In this document: positions 54,499-64,000 of the stretch, piece by piece | Position numbering within the stretch: the stretch's first letter is position 1 | Layout: each line of letters opens with the position of its first letter | Assembly: GCA_012295275.1 (NCBI GenBank) | Contig: CM022670.1 | Coordinates: 28,272,001-28,336,000, forward strand | Direction: 5' to 3' | Length of the DNA stretch: 64,000 bases | From: Chrysomallon squamiferum | Lineage: Eukaryota > Animalia > Mollusca | Notes under the pieces: model-generated | The model's database searches: none | The model's input: only the letters and a program-made list of their open reading frames with translations | What the model was told of the DNA's origin: nothing | Position numbers and translations under genes: made by a program

Positions 54499-55002
54499 TG
54501 TATATATATAAATTATATAGAAAAACATGCCAGAACATTTCCATACTTAACTAGCTACATCCATCTTACAGCTCTGGAAGAGTTACAAATAATTCTTGAT
54601 TCACTTCATCTGTTTTCATAAATAAAGAATGAAGCTACATCTTGTATTAATTAATCTAACAGCCCAGCAGAGAGAAATCCACATTTTTCTTATCTTATCT
54701 CCTAATTAAGTATAGTCCAAGCCAATATGGCTTCCATAGATACAAAATGAGGATTGGTCATTCATTATCCAAGAACTGAGCTTAATAAAACTAAATTTTA
54801 GAATGTGAGGAGCAGTTTTTCTATGCACATGTGTGTTAAGTTGCTCTATATCTAGATACTGGAAATGAGTATGTGTAAAATAAGCTTAAATTATTACTTA
54901 TTGTTAAATTTTGTTTTAAAATATACTTCAAAAATGAAAAATTAAATTTTTCTGGTTTTTTGTGTGTTTTGGGCTTTTTTGTTTTGTTTTAAAGCACAAT
55001 GG

Positions 55003-55038
<36 letters not shown>

Positions 55039-55183
55039 TATTATTATTATTAATATTATTATTATTTTAGCAAATAAATATAAAAATAAGTATTAATATT
55101 TAACAAAATAAAAACAAACCACCCACCCAAATCATAGTAAGATAACAAACAATCAAACAAACAAACAAACAAATAAATAAATA

Positions 55184-55219
<36 letters not shown>

Positions 55220-55742
55220 AATATAAATAAATAAATCACAAACAAAACATCCCATCACCCATCAAGAACGAACTTTATGGTGAGATGTAAATAATTTCTG
55301 ACTGACAGTAGATGGAGTTTGTGATGGTAATCTGTGGTTAATTCATGTATTAAGTTGAAAACATCTTTCACTTCTTGCACAAGCTATTGACAAGCACAAC
55401 AAAAGATTTTGAAAAAAAAAAATCTGTCATGCTAATAGCCATACATAAAAAGATAACTTTAAAAAAGACGACTTTATTTATTGATAACTGTAAAACCATG
55501 ATGAGACCAATCCAGCATATAAACACCCCGACCCTGGACTGTTTTAAAAAAGATCCATGCATTTTAACACTGAGTACAATGACTCCACAGAAATGGCTAT
55601 TCATGGCTTCAAGATGGCTCAATTAAAAGCCATCAATCACACTTTACTGCTTGTATCTACTTCACTGATCATTTTTCTGTGAGAGGATGGCTGTGTGCAA
55701 TATGGTCTTTTCCTCACTAGCAGGACTTAACCTCCATTACAG

Positions 55743-55769
55743 GCTTCACATGGGCCCCAAAGGAGGCAG
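55743..55769 (+). other. Candidate 27-nt microexon
   Basis: gacttaacctccattacag|GCTTCACATGGGCCCCAAAGGAGGCAG|gtaata; GC-rich, open in all three frames; alternative acceptors at 55720 and 55723. Confidence 0.3.
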
Positions 55770-55906
55770 GTAATACATATTGAGTAAGATTTGTATTGGT
55801 AAACCATCCATCCACAGAGCTTTTCCAACAACTGCATTTCTCAGATTGCTAACATTTATCTTAGAAAAAATGTTACACATACATGGATATATATACTTGA
55901 GTATTG

Positions 55907-56287
<381 letters not shown>

Positions 56288-57757
56288 GTTAGGTATGAAA
56301 TTGTAAGGCTTATTTCGTGAAGGTATTTTAATTTTTTTTTTTAATTTTTAAATTTCTAAAAATGTATTTAATTATGAAGTGCAACTTTTTAAAATGTTAA
56401 ATCTGTGCAATAGGAAACTAAGGTAATTTCTAACAGTTAGAAATGGTAAAAGGTTTATGCACAGATAACCAAGATCTAATAAACTGTACAATTATCTGTC
56501 AATAAACACTTTTTTAAACATTTAAACATTTAAAAATATTTTGGAACTTAAGATACTATATTCTTGCAGTTTCAGATTTACACAGAACATCAGTATGATT
56601 GTACATATAATATCACAATCAAAAAAATGTTAAAAAATACAGACCCATAATTTGTTACAAATGGAAACTTACCCGTAATTATATATTTTTATATAGATTA
56701 ATAATTCCTTTCTTCAAGAGGTGTGAAAAAAAACAAAAAACATTTACCCCCAAAAAATATTTATCCCAGTTTCTATGGAAATAGGAAATTATGTCTGTCA
56801 AAAAAAAAAAAAAAAAGAACATTTATTTTTTTTATTATTTGTGTGTGTGTTCTAAATAGCTGTTAGTAAAAACAAGACTGGTTTTTAAAAAAAATGTCTA
56901 GAATTCTTTTATGAAATCTAAGACATTGTATAAACCTTGAGATGGCACATGGCCTGATAGTCTGTGCCAGACTGTTGAGTTATTTTCCTTGAGTTAGCTC
57001 TCTAGGCAGAGAAAAACAAAACCATTGTTTACATAAAGGCCACTGCTAGTCAACTGTTTGTTTGTTTCAGACAATGAATTCTTTTGTTACAAGTTGTGAC
57101 TAATAATTAATACCATGTGTAGTGAACCAAATTAAATGATTTTATTTTTATTTTATAATTTCATATATGGAATTAATTATGAATTAGGTTGATATTTACA
57201 ACACACACACAGAGATACTCAAATCATACACACACACATACACACACACACACAGAAACACTTAATATACATACACATGATATATATAATCAAACAAATC
57301 AGGGACTGATTTGTGGTAGTATATTTTTGAATGTATTTCTATATTATAGAAAATTTTATTTATATGTTTGTAAATTAGTATATATATTTAAATGTAAATT
57401 GGTTAAAGTAGATGTATATGTGTGTATGCTTTGTATATAATGTATAAATGGAATATTACATATACTCTCTTGATAATGTACATGGGTATAACATCAATTA
57501 AACTAAAGTGATAACTTAAACATAATTCATTTCCACTTGAGTAAAAGATTTTATGTGTGAACCTCATTTGCAGTGTATTGCTAGGGAGATTACAATTTTC
57601 TGGATGTGTATGCAGTGTAATTAGAGTAGTTAAATTGTTATCTTGCTTGTATTGTTTATATCTGCAGATCTTCTTACTAGATGTGTATCTATTTCTCTAA
57701 AAATATCATGACTTAGCTTTAATAACTATTGTGATATGAAGTGGATAATTCGTAGTG

Positions 57758-57758
<1 letters not shown>

Positions 57759-57804
<46 letters not shown>
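57759..57804. repeat. (CA)n microsatellite
   Basis: Pure run. Confidence 0.98.
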
Positions 57805-57809
<5 letters not shown>

Positions 57810-58076
57810 ACATGTATATACATATGTAAAACACATGATTCACTGTATCAAGAAATGTCTATGTACACTTGAGTGCATACATGAGTGCACACAGACACAC
57901 ACATTTTATATATATATATGTATATACACAAATAAGCAAATTGCTAAATGTACTCTCACATAAGCAAAAAAACTCCTGCCACAACCAACAAGGACTGACA
58001 TACACATACATGGACAGACTTTATTTACTTAGCAAACTGCCTTTAACTGCGCACTGAAATATGCTTTTCATTACAG

Positions 58077-58085
58077 ACTGAAAAG
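58077..58085 (+). other. Candidate 9-nt microexon
   Basis: actgcctttaactgcgcactgaaatatgcttttcattacag|ACTGAAAAG|gtattt; three upstream TGC motifs. Confidence 0.25.
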
Positions 58086-58619
58086 GTATTTAGTAAAGCA
58101 TCCTTCATAATCAGGTGGTTGTTATAATGTGTATGTTACTACTGCAGGTTCATTGTATAGCTAGATACTGCATGTAAGCACACATAATCTTCTGTGTATT
58201 TGTCTAGTGTTCGTCAGCTTGTATGTATATTATGTACCATTTGAGAAAACTGTCTGACCATGAAAGTCATTAACAAGCAATGATGTTTGAAAGACTGCAT
58301 CTGTAAAACCAATAATAATAATAATAACATCCACACAGAACTCAGCCAGCTTGAGAAACAACATCATCTGTAAACTAGTGAGAAACAACATCCTATATCT
58401 CTGTGAAACTAATCCAGTCGCCTTGCTGATCTTTACCAGGAAACCAAAGCCTTCCTGTACACAGCTTCTCAAATCTGTCTGTCAGTTGGGAATAGACCTG
58501 CAGTCAGAGAGGAAGTGCATTTGGAAATTTCTGTGAATTTTTTCTTCATTTACTTAACTGTGAGTGCAGACAGTTACTGTGCTACTACATATATATATAT
58601 ATATATATATATTTGATAT

Positions 58620-58990
58620 GATACAGGCCAGTAGAACTGGCCAGTGAGCGAGTCTGTGGTAAACTTGAAAGAAAAGACTGTGCTTTGTCCATGTGTTTAA
58701 TGAGCTTGTGAGAATAGAATGAACTCTTTGATTTGTGCGAGCTATGGGCCAGCCTCTCCTCCACACTCAGGCGAAGTCACTACAGGAGAACAGCTCATTG
58801 ATTTTTCTGTGTGAACTATCAGAGAGGACCACGCTACAACAACTGCTGCCACATTACAACAACAGCCACCGCTGGGTTGAGTCACTGACTGTGTATACGT
58901 GTGTGTGAGTGTCACTGTGTGTACACACCATGTCACTTGGAGTTTTACTACTGTTCCTTGTTTAATTCACTAAATGGGAGTAAGGTAAAG
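58620..58990 (+). promoter_or_regulatory. Candidate promoter or alternative first exon
   Basis: Local rise in GC and CpG, short ATG-initiated ORFs at 58719, 58744 and 58930, ATG at 58974 followed by tandem donors GGA|GTAAGG and AAG|GTAAAG, then an abrupt return to AT-rich sequence. Confidence 0.4.
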
Positions 58991-59000
58991 AAATTATTAT

Positions 59001-59031
<31 letters not shown>

Positions 59032-60282
59032 CTGTTGAAGAGTTTTGCAGATGTTTTGTTGTCAGTTATGAACTGTTTAAGGCTGTTTGTTTTTTCCCTT
59101 AGTTATTCAACTTTGCAAAGTTGGCTTTTTTGTGTTTGCGTGATGTGTGAATTTTCTTTTATGTTTTTGTTGTAAGTAAAGAGTGCAGAATTGCTAACAG
59201 AAAAATAAAAGTAAAACTTCTGTAATCTCCGACAAGTTTTTAAAGAAGATTGTTATTACTGGTTCTTTGTCATTAAAAGTTACTTTTTCTTTTCTTTTTT
59301 TTTCTTAAAAAAAATAATTATACTGCTTTTTCTTTCTTATTAGCCATATTTTAAAAATTAATTCCACTTAGAAACAATTTCACTATTTGTTTTAGCTGTA
59401 TCAGTCTATGTGTTGCAAATGTAAGTAATTTTACTTAAATGCATCAGTGAATTTGTTCAAGATAAAATCTTTGAAACTTATCTTCTTATTGTTGTTTACT
59501 TTTTGAAATTTAGGATTTTTTATATTTTTTTATAGTCCTTTTTAAAATTTATTCTGTCTTTTTCTCTTGTTTCTTTTTTAAAATTATTTTAATTATTTTT
59601 TTTACTATTATTATTTTATTATGCTAATGTTATTATTTTCCTATTTCACTAGTTTATTTTAAAATTAAATGTGGCAATAAAACTGCAGCTATGGACATGT
59701 AGGAAAAAAACAACAACAAAAAGTTTTTTCTGTTAATTAGATAAGAGTTTTCCAGAATTATGACAGACTGACAGGTTTAAAATAATTTCTTCTTAAATTT
59801 ATTGAATAAGATTCTCAAAAGTCTGAATGGCTGTCATATTTGCGGAAGGTTAATTTGTTTATACTTTCTAACTTTTTAAACTATTAGCCTAATTGGAGGG
59901 AGGGTGTCTGTGGGGTTTTTGTGGGGGTTTTACATTTGAAAGATATTTAAAAAAATAAATGTATTGAGTAAATAAATAAACAGATAAAAATAAAAAGCAG
60001 TATCAATAAATAAAAATGATGATGATGATAATAATATTGATAATGAAATTTAATAAAATTTAATAATTAAAACCAACACAATATGCTAATAATTTGGTAT
60101 TTATTCAGATATATATTAATTATATTATTTTGTTTTGCTAATAAGTTAGCTCTTTTTATGGTAGATGCTCTATGAAAGCTGGGAGTGGACATAAACAAAA
60201 TCATTTTTAGGTCTTTAAGAATAATATGACTATACGTCTCTTACTCCACAAAGAAAATATTATTTCTTTTTGCATCCTTTTG

Positions 60283-60371
60283 ATTATTATTCCTTATTAT
60301 TACTATTGCTATTACTTCTATTATTACTGTTATTATTATTATTGCTATACTACTACTACTACTACTGCTAC

Positions 60372-60403
<32 letters not shown>
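60283..60403. repeat. Compound (ATT)/(ACT)n microsatellite
   Basis: Source of the poly-Tyr, poly-Leu and poly-Asn ORFs. Confidence 0.93.
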
Positions 60404-60404
<1 letters not shown>

Positions 60405-62663
60405 CTGAAACGGAGCATAAACTCACTTCTGGCCCACTCCGTATTATCCCTAGAGATGTTCACACCTGGATTCAGTTATTACACCTAACACCTGTACAAA
60501 TACCTATAGATTTCCAGATATACGTGTATTACCTTTCATTCATATGTATGCTGAACAGGAGATTTAGAAACAGAAATTTTATACAGTAGCAGACAAAATG
60601 TTAACATGCCTTTTGTTAACATCTAAAAATATAAATATGTTCCAGTTTAGTTTAAATATAGTTGTCAGTGTAGCTGGCAGAAATAAAAGAAAAAGATTGA
60701 GTAAATTTATTTCTTATAGGACTACAATTTAGTTTAATGTAAGGGGGAGAATTATTACTTTATAACCAGTCTGATTATTCATGTTTGATCTGAGTTTGTT
60801 GTACAGTAAGTTTCTAATAGATCTACTGAAATGAAAGAAAGAAAGAAAAAGTAACTGATAAAGAAATATGAATATGGGAAATATACTCAGGTAATTGGTT
60901 ATAGAATTGAATTCAATTTTCTTTTTAAATAAATAAATATTTTTTTGCCCTCATTTCTTTCATTTTCCATTCCTGCTGTTTCTTTTCATCTTTATTTTAC
61001 TTATTTCTTTCTTCTTTTTATTTTCTTCTTTCTTTCGTTTTTTATTTTTATTTCTTCTTTTTCTTTACTTTCATATTTCTTTTTTCAATTTTTTTTTCTT
61101 TCTTCTATTTTTAATTATAAACTATTGAGAAGAAGAAGGAGAAATTGTTAAATGTTTTAGTGCCAATTATTTTCATCAAACTGAAAATGCGTCAAGCTAG
61201 AAATAATTACCACTTGTGACTGTTTTGCCCTTCAAGAGATCTGTCACACACAGGACTCAGCATTGCTGACATTTGGACATTGTCTCAATCAGCTGGGAAA
61301 TTATAGACAATCTCTTCACTGATGGATGTAGGGAAATAAAGAATAATTTTTCTGTGGTCACTAAATCCGGTTGATCGCTTTGGTAATTTAGTTCTTTCAT
61401 GTCGTAATTAATTTTTCTGTTGTGACAAGTTTTTGTTTTTTTCTGTTTTATTGTAAAGTTAAGATGTAGGTGTACAATTGTATAAATTAATTTGTTTTGT
61501 TATTGTTTACTTTTTATAAATATTTATTTCATATATTGTTATATTTAATTATTATTATAGGTTTATTTTATTTTACTGATTTATTTCTTCTTTTTATTAT
61601 TATTTAATACAGATATTTTATCTTATTTTTAATTATTTCATTATTTTATTCACCAACAATGGTTTCAAGTTACGGTATTTGTATTTTAAACCTATTATTA
61701 TTATTATTTTTTATTTTTCAAAAAAAAAAAAAAAAAAAAAAAGTTTGAAAATATTAATATTATATATTCTCTGTTGCTGTTTATTATTATTATTATTTTT
61801 GTTTTTGTATTGTTTTTTGAGTGTGTGTGGTTTACATTCTTCTTTTTTTTCAATTATATAATGTATGTGCTTAAAAAAGTGTATAGTTGTGGCTTGACTA
61901 AAACATTTCATTCTGACATTCAAAATTAGCTGTAACATTTCTGAAATAAGGAAATAAAATAGCTGGTTTTTAATTTCAGTGCACTAAAATTATGTCCCGA
62001 TGAAAATATAAGAATGACTAAAACAGTTATAAAACAGATCTGACTTCATTTGTTATGTGATGAAAAATTCTGAAGTATTATTATCACTGTTTTTTTTTTT
62101 CTCTTTTGTTTCTGAATATGGATCTCAGCTATGATAAGGCTAAAAACATTGTGATGTTAGAATAACTGATTACCGAATCAAGTAGGCTAAACTATCAATC
62201 ACTAAGCTTGTCCAGATTAAACTATCACTAAGCTAAAATGCTGCAGTGTCAAAACAGCCAGTGATAGCATGGCTTTTTTAACAGAACCAACTCAGTCTGT
62301 GGACTCAGCATAATAAACACTGCACTACTGAAAAAAAGACAAGATTACAAATGTTTCTCTGGTTTCTGTATGGATATTATTTACAGCCTGTTAAAAACTT
62401 GTATAGGCTCTATTATGATGTGGGTAAAATGTAGCATAGTATCAGAATACATGGTTAATAGTTTTCTTCTGTCTCAGCTTGGATGTAAGAAGATAAAATA
62501 TTGAGATGTCAGAATAATTGTAACTAGTTTAAAATATGGATTGTGCTAAACCATATAAGCATAAAGATTTTTCATTGTGTTCATGTGTGCCTTTTGTGTT
62601 TAAAGTTGTATAAAAATGAAAAATAAATAAAGTTTTATTCTTAAAAAAACAAAAAAAAAAAAA

Positions 62664-62702
<39 letters not shown>
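62664..62702. repeat. (AAT)n microsatellite following a poly-A run
   Basis: Pure run. Confidence 0.97.
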
Positions 62703-63744
62703 CAACCAAATATGACAAAACCATCCATTTTCAAAAATATAATTACACTTTGGGCAAAGAACATATTTAAATTGTCATGTTTCAAACAAATTATCTGTGT
62801 TTTTCCTTGTGTGTATATATATGAATTACATGATATATATGAATCAAAAGAATGTATTTAGGCACTTAAGCTTGCATTTTGAGTATAATAAGTAAGTTAT
62901 ATATGGATAGCAGTATTTTCATTCTTTGTCAAATTTTGTATTTATCATTATTTTGTCAAATTGTTATTTCACAGTATGAATATTACATGAAATAAAAGTG
63001 TGTTGTTTTCACTGGAGAATGCTGATCAGTTTTGTGCCAGTTATAGATACTGCGTATTGAGTTAATATTAATTCTGTGACGGCAGCCTGTCACATCACTA
63101 ATATCTTTATTAAATTTGTGTCCAAAGTGGATTTAAAATATTCATTTTTTAATCCCAGCAGCCAGAGGAACGTGACTTGAGGGTTACCAGAGATCATTTT
63201 GTTAATTTTCACAAAGTTTTTTAAGAGAGCTGATCATTTATAAATTCAAACAAGATCGAATCTGTTTTGTTTTCTGTTACTGTGATCATTTGTAAGAGAG
63301 AGTTGTCCAGCAATATGTTAATAATTGATCATTTCAAAAAACCATCAAAGAACTATCTATATTTATGTAGTGTTGCAAGCTGTTTTTTGCTGTTAAACAA
63401 TGAAAAATAATTGCTGTTTCAATGTAAACTGTAAAGTGTGTGTAAACTGTAAAGTGTGAGCCTCAGTAGATTGTTGGATAATTCCTCTCACTACTCCTTT
63501 AAATGTGTTTTTCATTATACTTGTGTGTGTGATTTTGTCTGTTGGTGTGTGTGTGTGTGTGTGTGTGTGCATGTTTTTATAATCCTTTATAACCAACTTC
63601 CTGGGATAGGAACTATAATACTTTTAAAAGTATAACAATATTTCAATATCAATATATGCCTGCTGTTTCTTCTTATTTACACAACTGTTCAGCAGGCTGT
63701 GACGTTTGTTAAACTACATCGCACTTCGGACATGATCTGCATGT

Positions 63745-63814
63745 TGTAGATTTTATTCTCAGTGTGTCTGTGCATCAGTTAATCTGTCTTGCACAGACAG
63801 TGAGAATATCTATA
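63745..63814. ncRNA. Candidate pre-miRNA-like hairpin (70 nt)
   Basis: TGTCTGTGCA (63765-63774) pairs with TGCACAGACA (63790-63799); TATTCTCA (63754-63761) with TGAGAATA (63801-63808); TGTAGA with TCTATA. No match to a miRNA I recognise. Confidence 0.3.
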
Positions 63815-64000
63815 CTACACCATTCTCTGACTGTTGTTCAGTTTATCTCACTGTGTTGAAGTGCCATACAAAAAGTTTTTAAAAACAGAAAAAAATTTAG
63901 GTTTTAATATCATTGGCAGCATAGTATTATTTTCATGTGACATGACAGTATTATATTGTTAGGTATTGTAGTATTATATCAACTTAATACACTGTACTCA

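Noticed and set aside
62461-62490. Other AG...GT mini-exon motifs (7 nt here; 19 nt near 11770 and 60720; 16 nt at the start of the 15439/21826 duplicate)
   Set aside because: They do not preserve frame, and they show that such motifs arise by chance, which also tempers the microexon findings.

Overview
Very AT-rich (roughly 30% GC by eye), strongly CpG-depleted eukaryotic DNA with no recognisable protein-coding gene, tRNA, rRNA, CRISPR array or transposon ORF. The supplied ORFs are low-complexity by-products of microsatellites and minisatellites, or short ORFs I cannot assign. The window reads as part of a very long metazoan intron or intergenic region. It contains: (i) many microsatellites; (ii) at least ten decayed fragments of one tRNA-derived SINE, which from memory resembles the MetaSINE-type repeat abundant in gastropod molluscs (unverified), plus one copy of a second tRNA-headed SINE; (iii) many local tandem arrays of different periods (about 26-165 bp) and ages; (iv) a few CpG-retaining, higher-complexity islands that look regulatory or exonic. 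The best leads are + strand splicing signals (a branchpoint plus CAG|GTGAGT locked inside a 10-bp hairpin, a TAG|GTAAGT site, frame-preserving microexon candidates of 15, 6, 27 and 9 nt, and a candidate first exon near 58.6-59.0 kb), a four-hairpin block ending in T5 at 32.7 kb, and a 70-nt pre-miRNA-like hairpin at 63.75 kb. All of these are motif-level hypotheses that need RNA data or cross-species conservation.
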